Positions 18,001 through 30,847 are shown, counted from the first letter of the stretch. The stretch is DNA of 64,000 nt from Macrostomum lignano (GCA_002269645.1 NIVC01001828.1:1-64000), one strand, 5' to 3'. The notes: generated by a model not told the origin, from the letters alone. Program-made: numbers and translations.

Positions 18001-21000
18001 TTGTAGTTTTTGGGAATCAGTGCGAATCCTTGTAGTTTTTGGGAATCAGTGCAAATCCTTGTAGTTTTTGGGGATCAGTGCAAATCCTTGTAGTTTTTGG
18101 GGATCAGTGCAAATCCTTGTAGTTTTTGGGGATCAGTGCAAATCCTTGTAGCTTGGGATCAGTGCAAATCCTTGTAGTTTTTGGGGATCAGTGCAAATCC
18201 TTATAGGTTGGGGATCAGTGCAAATCCTTGTAGTTTGGGGATCAGTGCAAATCCTTGTAGTTTTTTGGGGATCAGTGCAAATCCTTGTAGTTTGGAGATC
18301 AGTGCAAATCCTTGTAGTTTTTGGGGATCAGTGCAAATCCTTGTAGGTTGGGGATCAGTGCAAATCCTTGTAGTTTTTGGGGATCAGTGCAAATCCTTGT
18401 AGTTTTTGGGAATCAGTGCGAATCCTTGTAGTTTTTGGGAATCAGTGCAAATCCTTGTAGTTTTTGGGGATCAGTGCAAATCCTTGTAGTTTTTGGGGAT
18501 CAGTGCAAATCCTTGTAGTTTTTGGGGATCAGTGCAAATCCTTGTAGTTGGGATCAGTGCAAATCCTTGTAGTTTTTGGGGATCAGTGCAAATCCTTATA
18601 GGTTGGGGATCAGTGCAAATCCTTGTAGTTTGGGGATCAGTGCAAATCCTTGTAGTTTTTGGGAATCAGTGCAAATCCTTGTAGTTTTTGGGGATCAGTG
18701 CAAATCCTTGTAGTTTTTGGGGATCAGTGCAAATCCTTGTAGTTTTTGGGGATCAGTGCAAATCCTTGTAGTTTTTGGGATCAGTGCAAATCCTTGTAGT
18801 TTTTGGGAATCAGTGCAAATCCTTGTAGTTTTTGGGGATCAGTGCAAATCCTTGTAGTTTTTGGGGATCAGTGCAAATCCTTGTAGTTTTTGGGGATCAG
18901 TGCAAATCCTTGTAGTTTTTGGGGATCAGTGCAAATCCTTGTAGTTTTTGGGATCAGTGCAAATCCTTGTAGTTTTTGGGGATCAGTGCAAATCCTTGTA
19001 GTTGGGATCAGTGCAAATCCTTGTAGTTTTTGGGGATCAGTGCAAATCCTTATAGGTTGGGGATCAGTGCAAATCCTTGTAGTTTGGGATCAGTGCAAAT
19101 CCTTATAGGTTGGGGATCAGTGCAAATCCTTGTAGTTTGGGGATCAGTGCAAATCCTTGTAGTTTTTGGGAATCAGTGCAAATCCTTGTAGTTTTTGGGG
19201 ATCAGTGCAAATCCTTGTAGTTTTTGGGGATCAGTGCAAATCCTTGTAGTTTTTGGGGATCAGTGCAAATCCTTGCAGTTGGGGATCAGTGCAAATCCTT
19301 GTAGTTTTTGGGGATCAGTGCAAATCCTTGTAGTTGGGGATCAGTGCAAATCCTTGTAGTTTTTGGGGATCAGTGCAAATCCTTGTAGTTTTTGGGGATC
19401 AGTGCAAATCCTTGTAGTTTGGAGATCAGTGCAAATCCTTATAGTTGGGGATCAGTGCAAATCCTTGTAGTTTGGGGATCAGTGCAAATCCTTGTAGTTT
19501 TTGGGGATCAGTGCAAATCCTTGTAGTTTTTGGGGATCAGTGCAAATCCTTGTAGTTTTTGGGGATCAGTGCAAATCCTTGTAGTTTGGGGATCAGTGCA
19601 AATCCTTGTAGTTTTTGGGAATCAGTGCAAATCCTTGTAGTTTGGGGATCAGTGCAAATCCTTGTAGTTTTTGGGGATCAGTGCAAATCCTTGCAGTTGG
19701 GGATCAGTACAAATCCTTGTAGTTTGGGGATCAGTGCAAATCCTTGTAGTTTGGGGATCAGTGCAAATCCTTGTAGGTTGGGGATCAGTGCAAATCCTTG
19801 TAGTTTTTGGGGATCAGTGCAAATCCTTGTAGTTTTTGGGGATCAGTGCAAATCCTTGTAGTTTGGGATCAGTGCAAATCCTTGTAGTTTTTGGGGATCA
19901 GTGCAAATCCTTGTAGTTTTTGGGGATCAGTGCAAATCCTTGTAGTTTTTGGGGATCAGTGCAAATCCTTGTAGTTTTTGGGGATCAGTGCAAATCCTTG
20001 TAGTTTTTGGGATCAGTGCAAATCCTTGTAGTTTTTGGGAATCAGTGCAAATCCTTGTAGTTTTTGGGAATCAGTGCAAATCCTTGTAGTTTTTGGGAAT
20101 CAGTGCAAATCCTTGTAGTTTTTGGGATCAGTGCAAATCCTTGTAGTTTTTGGGAATCAGTGCAAATCCTTGTAGTTTTTGGGGATCAGTGCAAATCCTT
20201 GTAGTTTTTGGGGATCAGTGCAAATCCTTGTAGTTTTTGGGGATCAGTGCAAATCCTTGTAGTTGGGATCAGTGCAAATCCTTGTAGTTTTTGGGGATCA
20301 GTGCAAATCCTTATAGTTGGGGATCAGTGCAAATCCTTGTAGTTTGGGGATCAGTGCAAATCCTTGTAGTTTTTGGGGATCAGTGCAAATCCTTGTAGTT
20401 TGGGATCAGTGCAAATCCTTGTAGTTTTTGGGGATCAGTGCAAATCCTTGTAGTTGGGGATCAGTGCAAATCCTTGTAGTTTTTGGGGATCAGTGCAAAT
20501 CCTTGTAGTTTTTGGGGATCAGTGCAAATCCTTGTAGTTGGGGATCAGTGCAAATCCTTGTAGTTTTTGGGGATCAGTGCAAATCCTTGTAGTTTTTGGG
20601 GATCAGTGCAAATCCTTGCAGTTGGGGATCAGTGCAAATCCTTGTAGTTTGGGGATCAGTGCAAATCCTTGTAGTTTGGGGATCAGTGCAAATCCTTGTA
20701 GTTTTGGGGATCAGTGCAAATCCTTGTAGTTGGGGATCAGTGCAAATCCTTGTAGTTTGGGGATCAGTACAAATCCTTGTAGTTTGGGGATCAGTGCAAA
20801 TCCTTGTAGTTTGGGGATCAGTGCAAATCCTTGTAGTTTTTGGGGATCAGTGCAAATCCTTGTAGTTTTTGGGGATCAGTGCAAATCCTTGTAGTTTTTG
20901 GGGATCAGTGCAAATCCTTGTAGTTTTTGGGGATCAGTGCAAATCCTTGTAGTTTTTGGGATCAGTGCAAATCCTTGTAGTTTTTGGGATCAGTGCAAAT

Positions 21001-23075
21001 CCTTGTAGTTTTTGGGGATCAGTGCAAATCCTTGTAGTTTTTGGGGATCAGTGCAAATCCTTGTAGTTTTTGGGATCAGTGCAAATCCTTGTAGTTTTTG
21101 GGGATCAGTGCAAATCCTTGTAGTTTTTGGGGATCAGTGCAAATCCTTGTAGTTTTTGGGGATCAGTGCAAATCCTTGTAGTTGGGATCAGTGCAAATCC
21201 TTGTAGTTTTTGGGGATCAGTGCAAATCCTTATAGTTGGGGATCAGTGCAAATCCTTGTAGTTTGGAGATCAGTGCAAATCCTTATAGGTTGGGGATCAG
21301 TGCAAATCCTTGTAGTTTGGGGATCAGTGCAAATCCTTGTAGTTTTTGGGATCAGTGCAAATCCTTGTAGTTTTTGGGGATCAGTGCAAATCCTTGTAGT
21401 TTTTGGGGATCAGTGCAAATCCTTGTAGTTTTTGGGGATCAGTGCAAATCCTTGCAGGTTGGGGATCAGTGCAAATCCTTGTAGTTTTTGGGGATCAGTG
21501 CAAATCCTTATAGGTTGGGGATCAGTGCAAATCCTTGTAGTTTTTGGGGATCAGTGCAAATCCTTGTAGTTTTTGGGGATCAGTGCAAATCCTTGTAGTT
21601 TGGGATCAGTGCAAATCCTTATAGTTGGGGATCAGTGCAAATCCTTGTAGTTTGGGGATCAGTGCAAATCCTTGTAGTTTTTGGGGATCAGTGCAAATCC
21701 TTGTAGTTTTTGGGGATCAGTGCAAATCCTTGTAGTTTTTGGGGATCAGTGCAAATCCTTGTAGTTTTTGGGGATCAGTGCAAATCCTTGTAGTTTTTGG
21801 GGATCAGTGCAAATCCTTGTAGTTTGGGGATCAGTGCAAATCCTTGTAGTTTTTGGGGATCAGTGCAAATCCTTGCAGTTGGGGATCAGTGCAAATCCTT
21901 GTAGTTTGGGGATCAGTGCAAATCCTTGTAGTTTGGGGATCAGTGCAAATCCTTGTAGGTTGGGGATCAGTGCAAATCCTTGTAGTTTTTGGGGATCAGT
22001 GCAAATCCTTGTAGTTTTTGGGGATCAGTGCAAATCCTTGTAGTTTGAGGATCAGTGCAAATCCTTGTAGTTTTTGGGGATCAGTGCAAATCCTTGTAGG
22101 TTGGGGATCAGTGCAAATCCTTGTAGTTTTTGGGGATCAGTGCGAATCCTTGTAGTTTTTGGGGATCAGTGCAAATCCTTGTAGTTTTTGGGGATCAGTG
22201 CAAATCCTTGTAGTTTTTGGGGATCAGTGCAAATCCTTGTAGTTTTTGGGGATCAGTGCAAATCCTTGTAGGTTGGGGATCAGTGCAAATCCTTGTAGTT
22301 TTTGGGGATCAGTGCAAATCCTTGTAGGTTGGGGATCAGTGCAAATCCTTGTAGTTTTTGGGGATCAGTGCAAATCCTTGTAGTTTTTGGGGATCAGTGC
22401 AAATCCTTGTAGTTTGAGGATCAGTGCAAATCCTTGTAGGTTGGGGATCAGTGCAAATCCTTGTAGTTTTTGGGGATCAGTGCGAATCCTTGTAGTTTGA
22501 GGATCAGTGCAAATCCTTGTAGTTTTTGGGGGTCAGTGCAAATCCTTGTAGGTTGGGGATCAGTGCGAATCCTTGTAGGTTGGGGATCAGTGCAAATCCT
22601 TGTAGTTTTTGGGGATCAGTGCAAATCCTTGTAGTTTTTGGGGATCAGTGCGAATCCTTGTAGGTTGGGGATCAGTGCAAATCCTTGTAGGTTGGGGATC
22701 AGTGCGAATCCTTGTAGGTTGGGGATCAGTGCGAATCCTTGTAGGTTGGGGATCAGTGCAAATCCTTGTAGGTTGGGGATCAGTGCAAATCCTTGCAGGT
22801 TGGGGATCAGTGCAAATCCTTGTAGTTTGGGGATCAGTGCGAAATCCTTGTAGGTTGGGGATCAGTGCAAATCCTTGTAGGTTGGGGATCAGTGCGAATC
22901 CTTGTAGGTTGGGGATCAGTGCAAATCCTTGTAGGTTGGGGATCAGTGCGAATCCTTGTAAGGTTGGGGGATCAGTGCAAATCTTTGCAGTTTACGGATC
23001 AGTGCAAATCCTTGTAGTTTTTGGGGATCAGTGCAAATCCTTGTAGTTTTTGGGGATCAGCGCAAACCCGTAGCA
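15035..23075. repeat. 8-kb satellite of 27-30-bp units (ggggatcagtgcaaatccttgtagtt(ttt)), roughly 280 copies
   Basis: Uninterrupted head-to-tail units whose length varies in the T/G runs; no unique spacers. Confidence 0.98.
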
Positions 23076-24739
23076 GACAGACTGAAGCGCAAGCATGAAA
23101 TTGTGATTGAATGGCATGTGAAGCTGTGAGTCCTCAGCTACAGAGGCAAACCGAGGCGAAGGAATTATCTATTAAAATCTAGAAACTACGAGTAGAAAAA
23201 CCCGCATATTTTGCTACTCAAAGTAGCAGAAAAAGAGTTATTTCACACTCTAACTAGCTAAATATTGCTTTAAATGGTGAGACGCTTGACAATGAAGTCA
23301 AGCCAGTCTTAATTTGCATCTAAGCTATTGCAATAAATTCAGAGAGAAAGCTCAATTGACTTTCTGCCTTGCGTCTGACCTAAAAAATGCGCCTCTTTGT
23401 CCGCTTGCATTTCTGCATTTTCAGTCTCAATCAAGCGGTCGCAGGTTGAATAGTGTCGAGTGTGGGAGAGGGCGAGTGGGGCTCAAGGCTCCGTTCGGAT
23501 TGTCTCAAATTACAGCAACATTCGGCCGCGTGTCAGGCTGGGCAGTCTTGCATTCGAAATTAGTTTGAATTCGAACTAATTGGTCGCCTCTGGCCCTCTT
23601 GATTTCCTGTAGCCTTTTGCAATGCTATTTTAGGATATTATAAGCATCATATTGTTGTCTGACTGTCTGAAACTTCAATAACACATTTTTAAATTAACAG
23701 CTTAACTAGCAGATTATATTATAAGTTCGATCGGTAACGCAGCACTCGACTAGCACAGCAACTGACTTGCTGGCAGATCTCGGTCGCAATCCTTGCCCAC
23801 CAGCCCCTGGCTGAAACTGCGCAGTCCCCAAAGTTGTTGTTGGTGCAGCGCCCTCTGTTTTCGTTAAAGCCGAATTGCTCTTCGCTACAAACCAGCCGAT
23901 TCCCAGGCAGCAGAAGCAGCAGCAGTAATTGAATACAGTAAAAAAAGAAGCAGAAAAAGTTTCAGACCCCCAAGTAAAGAAGTGAGAGGTGGAGAACCAG
24001 AGAAAAGCAGCACTTGCCCGCCGCGGAGAGCCCGAAAAGCTGTGCAAAACCCCCGTCTCCACCGGACTGGAACCAGCTGAACGGAAATGAAAGAAGAAAC
24101 AAAGCCAAGGAAGAAGAAGAAGAAGAAAACGCATATAAATAGGCGTCAGTTTTAGAGACGACCAGGCGAGAGCGGCGGCGGCGGAGGCGCGCATTCCGAG
24201 GACAGCTTGGCGAGCTGACTGTCTGCAGATGGTGAGAGCACCGGCTATAGTTGTAGAGCTGAACCCGAAGGGGAGCTGCTTGAACTGACACACCGCCTGA
24301 CAGCACTGTGTCATGGAGCTGCTCTCTTGCTGGTTCCTCTTCTGTCTTCAGGCCAACCCGCAGTTCTCTGATCCCAGTTCGCATGGTACAAATAAACTAC
24401 CTTTTGCATGATCAGCATGTTTAAAAATTGCCTTTTCGATTTGTCTTTTTTATTTGTGTGTAATTGAGAGGGGCGCAGATACAACTGGGAAAGGGAGGAA
24501 AATATTTACAGTATAGCAAGTGATTGTCACTAAAAAGTTAATCTCCTCGGGCATTATACGAGCGATAAGAAAGTGTTTGATTATTGAATAGGTTAGTGTA
24601 AAAGGTGACACCGCAGGTGCACTGCATGATTTAAAACAATTTTACATACACATGGAGCAATCCGCCATTAGCTTTGCTACATAATCTAAGTGAGTTACCA
24701 GTAGCACACAGCCGGAGGCTGAGAAAGATACATGAAAGC

Positions 24740-27700
24740 TCAAATGGCCCACCAGCGACATCCGTCGCCAGACATGGTCACTGTTGCCGCCTCGCCGTCG
24801 TCGCCTTCGCCTTCACCGTCGCTGTCCGGTCCACTAGAAAACTGGGCATCGGCTTCGTCTCTGCCCTTGTACTCAAAGCTGGCGCTTCTGTCTTCTTGTC
24901 TCTCACTGCCCGAGCTCCAGCTGCCAACAAATCCAGTTTCGATGCTCCCGGCTTTGCTGCTACCGACAAATCCTGCTGGATCCTTGTCTGATCCGTCTTG
25001 CATCTCGTTGCTGCTCGATTCTTTATTGCATCGCTCTTTGATCTTGCCGACATTGTCGTTGAGCTCACCAGTTGTGGATTGCTTGCCGCTGGCCAGGGTG
25101 ACTGCCGCGCTCTCTTCGTTGTCCAGCTCGGCCAGGAATTGCTCGACTTTGCTCCGGCCCAGAATGCGAGCGCAGTCAAGCGCCGTGAGGTCCCAGCGAT
25201 CGCGCAGGCGTCGGTCGACGCGGCAGACGCTGCAGAGGAACTGAACAGCGGCCAGGCGGCCCTCCGACGCGGCCACGTGTAGAGGGGTGCGGCTGTCGTA
25301 GTCACAGGAGTTCATGTCGTGGCCCTGTGACGGAGTGGACAGCACTGTCAATGTTAGCCTTCAGCCAAATTCCCCTCATGGAATTCCCTTCATGGAACTC
25401 CCACATGGAACTCCCACATGGAATTCCCCACATGGAATTCCCTTCATGAAATTTTCTTCATGGAATTCCCCTCATCGAATTCCCCTTATGGAATTCCCTA
25501 ATGGAATTCCTCTAATGGAACTCCCCTCACCGAATTCCCCTCACCGAATTCCCCTCACCGAATTCCCCTCACCGAATTCCCCTCACCGAATTCCCCTCAC
25601 CGAATCCCCCTCACCGAATTCCCCTCAACGAATTCCCCTCACCGAATTCCCCTCACCGAATTCCCCTCACCGAATTCCCCTCACCGAATTCCCCTCACCG
25701 AATTCCCCTCTCCGAATTCCCCTCACCGAATTCCCCTCTCCGAATTCCCCTCACCGAATTCCCCTCACCGAATTCCCCTCACAAAATTCCCCTCACAGAA
25801 TTCCCCTCACAGAATTCCCCTCACCGAATTCCCCTCACCGAATTCCCCTCACCGAATTCCCCTCACCGAATGCCGAATTCCCCTCACCGAATGCCGAATT
25901 CCCCTCACCGAATGCCGAATTCCCCTCACCGAATGCCGAATTCCCCTCACCGAATGCCGAATTCCCCTCACCGAATGCCGAATTCCCCTCACCGAATGCC
26001 GAATTCCCCTCACCGAATGCCGAATTCCCCATTCTTCACTTCTAGGCATACCCAGACTGAATCCCCCGCTAGCTCCTCACCGTCAAGTAGAACCGCCGCA
26101 GGCAGGCGATGTCGCCGTCTCTAGCCGCGTACAGCATGGTGGAGACAGCGTCGAACCTGGCTCTGCCCGAGTCGGCCAGCCGGCCAGTCGGGTCCAGCTT
26201 CCTGTTGTGCAGCAGCGAGTCGTACAGGTGAAAGCTGTACTGGCGCACCAGCAGCTCGCAGAAGTGCAGCGACCTGGCGGACACGCGGCCCTGCAGCAGC
26301 CGCGGGGAGTACAGGCAGAGGCCCATGACATTCGGCAGCACAGCCAAGAGGCAGCCGCTGACGCCCGCGGTGGCCGGTAAGCCGCATTTGAAGGCGAATC
26401 GGCCAGAGTGCCGGCCAAGCCCGCAGCTGTGCATCACCGACAGGGTGCTGCGGGTGGCAGCCGGGCTGAGCACCCGGTCCTCGGTCAGGGGGCAGACTCC
26501 GCCGTTAGCCAGGGCAGCCGCGATCAGGGCCCCGGCCTTGAATTGGAGAATTGGGGATCGGGTCTGCTTGACTCCATTGTGCTTGATTGGCCCATTCTTT
26601 GCACTCTCCACACCCCTAATTTCCAACTTCATTTTCCTCTTTGTCTTCCTCTCTGTCTCCCCCTCTTTGTCTCCCTACTCTCTCTCTCCCCTCTTTGTCT
26701 CCCTTTCTCTCTGTCTCCCACTCCGTCTCCCACTCTCTGTCTCCCACTCTCTGTCTCCCACTCTCTGTCTCCCACTCTCTGTCTCCCACTCTCTGTCTCC
26801 CCCTCTCTGTCTCCCACTCTCTGTCTCCCACTCTCTGTCTCCCCCTCTCTGTCTCCCACTCTCTGTCTCCCCCTCTCTGTCTCCCCCTCTCTGTCTCCCA
26901 CTCTCTGTCTCCCACTCTCTGTCTCCCACTCTCTGTCTCCCGCCTCACTCCACCTCACAACCTCTCGCCTCGTGTGTTATCTCCGGTAGTATTAGTGAAC
27001 TGATTTTAGAAATTTGGCGAATGCATTCTACACAAATTCGCCGAATAGGTAAATAAGTAGTCAAAACGAGCATGAGTTATATAATTTCTCTACGTTAGCA
27101 AAACCTAACAAAATCCGCACCTGACAGTCAATAGAGAAGGACGCCAACTGCAGGTGCAAATCCATGGCGTCTGTAGCCTGTGCACCGGGCGGGAAGGCGC
27201 CCAGCTCCATCAGGCGGTAAGCGGCAGCCCAGTTGTGATAATTGGCCTCCCGCTGCGACAGGTACGAGCCCGTGTGCACCGACACTGAGCCTCCGGCCAG
27301 CAGGCGGCTGTAGACACGGCACAGGGCGGAGAACCGAGCGGACAGCGGGTCCTGCGGCGAGCCGATCAAGGCGGCGGTGAGCAGCGCGCCGGAGCCCGTC
27401 AGCGGGTTGAACGGCTTGCCATCCGGACCGATCTCTAAGCCTTCGTGGTGTACACCTGTTGGATTCACCATTCTCTCATGCTGTCATTCTGTTGTAATTT
27501 TGCAAATCTGTAATGCTGACATTCTGTTATTCAGCCATTCTACCATCCTGCCATTCTGTCATTCTGCCATTCTGCCATTCTGCCATTCTGCCATTCTGCC
27601 ATTCTGCCATATTGCCATTTTGCCATTCGGCCATTTTGCCATTCTGCCATTTTGCTATTCTGTCACTCTGCTATTCTGCCATTCTGCCATTCTGCTATTT

Positions 27701-30293
27701 TGCCATTCTGCCATTTTTATATTTTTCAGTTTTCTATTCTGCCATTCTGCCATTTTGCCATTCTACCATTCTGCCATTCTGCCATTCTGCTATTTCTGCC
27801 ATTCTGCCATTCTGCCATATTGCCATTTTGCCATTCGGCCATTTTGCCATTCTGCCATTTTGCTATTCTGTCACTCTGCTATTCTGCCATTCTGCCATTC
27901 TGCTATTTTGCCATTCTGCCATTTTTATATTTTTCAGTTTTCTATTCTGCCATTCTGCCATTCTGCCATTCTGCTATTCTGCCTTTCTGCCATTCTGCCA
28001 TTCTGCCATTCTGCCATTCTGCCATTCGCCATTCTATCATTCTGCGATTCTGACATTCTGCGATTCTGCCATTCTGCCATTCTGCCATTCGCCATTCTAT
28101 CATTCTGCGATTCTGACATTCTGCGATTCTGCCATTCTGCCATTTTGCCATTCTTTCATGCCGTCATTCCGTCATTCTGCAGCAGAAATGAATGAGCAAT
28201 TGCTCACCAACTGGCTCATAGCCAACAAATTGGTGCACAACAGCCGGCCCCTTCTCCGTCAGCGCCACAGCATAGGTGATTGGCTGGCTGCAGTCCTGCA
28301 GGCAGAAGGCCGCTCGAGAATCGCCAAGCGACAGCCGCTGACCGTCCACGGTGCACAGCGAGATGCCCCACGAATCGGGGTCGGCCTGGGTGAGCTCTGG
28401 GGTCAGGCGGCTCACCTCACCGACTTTACACTCTTGCCGCGCTTGCCTGAGCGGGTGGATTAAGTGCATTATCGCTTGCTGGCCCAGTCACCGGAAGCTG
28501 CTGTCACAATGGAAGCTGCTGTCACAATGGAAGCTAGTGTCACAATGGAAGCTGCTGTCACAATGGAAGCTAGTGTCACAATGGAAGCTGCTGTCACAAT
28601 GGAAGCTGCTGTCACAGTGGAAGCTAGTGTCACAGTGGAAGCTAGTGTCACAATGGAAGCTGCTGTCACAATGGAAGCTGCTGTCACAGTGGAAGCTAGT
28701 GTCACAGTGGAAGCTAGTGTCACAATGGAAGCTGCTGTCACAATGGAAGCTTGTGTCACAATGGAAGCTAGTGTCACAGTGGAAGCTGCTGTCACAATGG
28801 AAGCTTGTGTCACAATGGAAGCTAGTGTCACAGTGGAAGCTGCTGTCACAATGGAAGCTTGTGTCACAATGGAAGCTAGTGTCCTGGTATCATACCGAAA
28901 GCTACGGTTTCAAGCCAGGGACCACTGTAGTATAACAGGACGAAAAACTAAAAAATCGTGTCCTGAAAAAATACACTGTGGAGATAGGGAAAATCGTTTT
29001 CTCATCACAACATTAACGATTGCACTTTCTCTGGGGCAGTGAAGATGACTATTTCTTAAATTTATCATGCACAGCATGTAAATCTGTTGCATTTTACTAT
29101 AAGGGGTTATAGACAAGTGGATAGGGTTTCGGACACATGACTGGAAGTTCGGGAGTTCGATTCCCGATCCCACTGGAACAATTCGTGTCCTTGAGTAAGA
29201 CGACCCTTAACTCTGCATTGCTTCAGTTCACCCAACTGTAAAATGGGTGCCAGCATTAGCTGGGGTAATTGAGGCTGTGTGTGGCGACCCCCCAGTCCTT
29301 GGACTGAACAGCCGTACGCAGCCTTCAGATGCGCCGCGCAATAGCTGCGGCTGAGCTGTCGGTTGCACATCTGGCCCAATTGGGACAGGTGTAATCAAAT
29401 AATGTCAGAAATTTTCACTACACAGCTACATAAAATACAACAGAGTAACATGTTTTGCATGCTTAGTTAAAAGAATGTTAATATTCAATTTCCCAGATCA
29501 AATGCAATCATTGATTATGTGATGAGAGAATGATTTTTCCCTATCTCCGCAGTGCATTTTTTCCACTGCTTGCTATCTGGGGGGTGCTTGCTATCTGGGG
29601 GGTGCTTGCTATCTGGGGGTGCTTGCTATCTGGGGGTGCTTGCTATCTGGGGGGGGGGGGGAGTGCTGGCTATCTTGGGGGTGCTTGCTATCTGCGGGAT
29701 GCTTGCTATCTTTTTGTGAAGGCTTTATTTTGTTGTGACCTTTTGTTACTATAGAAAGAAAGAGCTTTATAGCAAACATCTTTGTCCGTGACAATTTTAC
29801 TCGAATAAGGTGATTTATAATACTGAAGAAGGAATTTGTTCTTAAGAAAATGTGCTTTTTAATGGATTTGCATGAATAATTTTTTGCTCCTTGCTTATTG
29901 GGCGCCCCGAAGGGGGGCACTAGATTGCTAGTCAAATATTAAAAGCAACCCAACAACAATGCCCACTCACTCAAACAGCATCTCAATAGTCTGCGCAAAT
30001 CCGACAAAGTCGCGCACAATGAGCTCATTGCGCAGCACCTTGAGCAGAAAGACGCTGCCAGTGGCCGAGAAGATTCGCTCAACCGACTCTTTGCTGAAGG
30101 CGGGCTCGCCCTCATTGTCTGACATTGCGGCCAGCAGCTGCTGCAGGTTGGCCTTGATGCGCGGGTCCCGCTTGTCGATGCCCTCGGTGCGCAGCCAGGC
30201 GGTCAGCTTGGCGGCCCGGATCAGGCCGAGGTCCTCGGCGCTGTAGCGGACAGCCGAAGGCGCTGCTACCTGCGAGACAGTTTGAGTCTGCAT
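24740..30293 (-). CDS. GLS: Glutaminase (GLS/GLS2)-like protein, 645 aa, with EF-hand-like N-terminal bundle, glutaminase domain and ankyrin repeats; active site degenerate
   Basis: Exons on the complement: 29971-30293, 28208-28446, 27121-27455, 26081-26536, 24740-25324 (1938 nt, phases 2,1,0,0, all GT-AG). Recognisable motifs: WGISLCTVDGQR, HQFVGYEP, KPFNP, AALANGGVCPLT, MHSCG..SGRFAFKCGLPA, and the ankyrin DYDSRTPLHVAASEG...DRW. Confidence 0.93.
25365..26030. repeat. 14-bp (gaattcccctcacc) array grading into a 21-bp (+gaatgcc) array, GLS-like intron 4
   Basis: Direct reading; fills most of the intron 25325-26080. Confidence 0.95.
26640..26940. repeat. 14-bp pyrimidine-rich array (ctctctgtctccca), GLS-like intron 3
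   Basis: Direct reading. Confidence 0.9.
27490..28165. repeat. 8-bp (ctgccatt) degenerate array with an internal block duplication, GLS-like intron 2
   Basis: Direct reading. Confidence 0.9.
28493..28880. repeat. 18-bp minisatellite (ggaagctgctgtcacaat), GLS-like intron 1
   Basis: Direct reading. Confidence 0.95.
29103..29403 (+). mobile_element. tRNA-headed SINE, family 1, near full length
   Basis: A-box-like tatagacaagtgg and B-box gagttcgattccc, then a body gtgtccttgagtaagac...ctctgcattgcttcagttcaccc..ctgtaaaatggg and an AT-rich tail. Near-identical bodies occur at 33570 and 46323. Confidence 0.8.
29567..29705. repeat. Short 18-bp array (cttgctatctggggggtg)
   Basis: Direct reading. Confidence 0.8.
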
Positions 30294-30799
30294 TGCTCAG
30301 CTTGGGAGAGGAGAAGACAGTTCTGTGCTGTGTCTGTAAAACCGTGCCAGAAAATTGATTATATTCTCTTGAGACTGCGTTTGTTTATTGCGTAATGCAA
30401 ATATTAGCACCATCGCACCACGGCTGGGTGAGTGAGTTTCAATTTAAACTCAATTAATTGCGTGCAAAGCGCGATGAACCCTAGTTGGGCCCCCCCTGAG
30501 ATGTCTCTTTGATGCAATCTTACAAGAACACAAGAAGGTCATCAAAATTTTATAAGCGACGAAGTAAACCTTCGTGAAAGCTAATAACTTCAACGATTCA
30601 ATATAGAGAAACAGATTTGCTCAAAGTAGCCCCAGTAGCAACAAGATTACATCATAGCCAAGGCCTCAAAACCAACTATAACTTTAAACGCTGCATAGAA
30701 CGTGCCGATTCTCACGCAAAGACTGGGTAATTTTTCTAACTCTCCACAATGCCCCAATTTCATAATAATTTCGTCAGTAAAGCAATAAAGCTATTACAA

Positions 30800-30847
30800 C
30801 TCACACTCATGGACAACTAGAGTACTCTAGTTGTCCATGCTCACACT
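30800..30847. mobile_element. 32-bp perfect palindrome flanked by an 8-bp direct repeat (candidate TIR-only micro-element)
   Basis: CTCACACT (30800-30807) + catggacaactagagtactctagttgtccatg (30808-30839) + CTCACACT (30840-30847). Confidence 0.65.

Noticed and set aside
15035-23075. CRISPR-like regularity of ~28-bp repeats
   Set aside because: Units are head to tail with no unique spacers, there are no cas genes, and the context is eukaryotic.
23706-24384. ORFs of 202 aa and 140 aa downstream of the GLS-like stop
   Set aside because: No recognisable domain. This may be GLS-like 3' UTR or the 5' region of the CUPID gene, and I could not link it by splicing.
29103-29175. Possible tRNA genes at the SINE heads (also 46323 and 49140-49208)
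   Set aside because: They have A/B boxes but I could not fold a complete cloverleaf, and they continue into shared SINE bodies.
24740-30293. Calling the GLS-like locus a pseudogene
   Set aside because: The reading frame and all splice sites are intact, and substitutions concentrate on active-site positions while structural motifs are kept.
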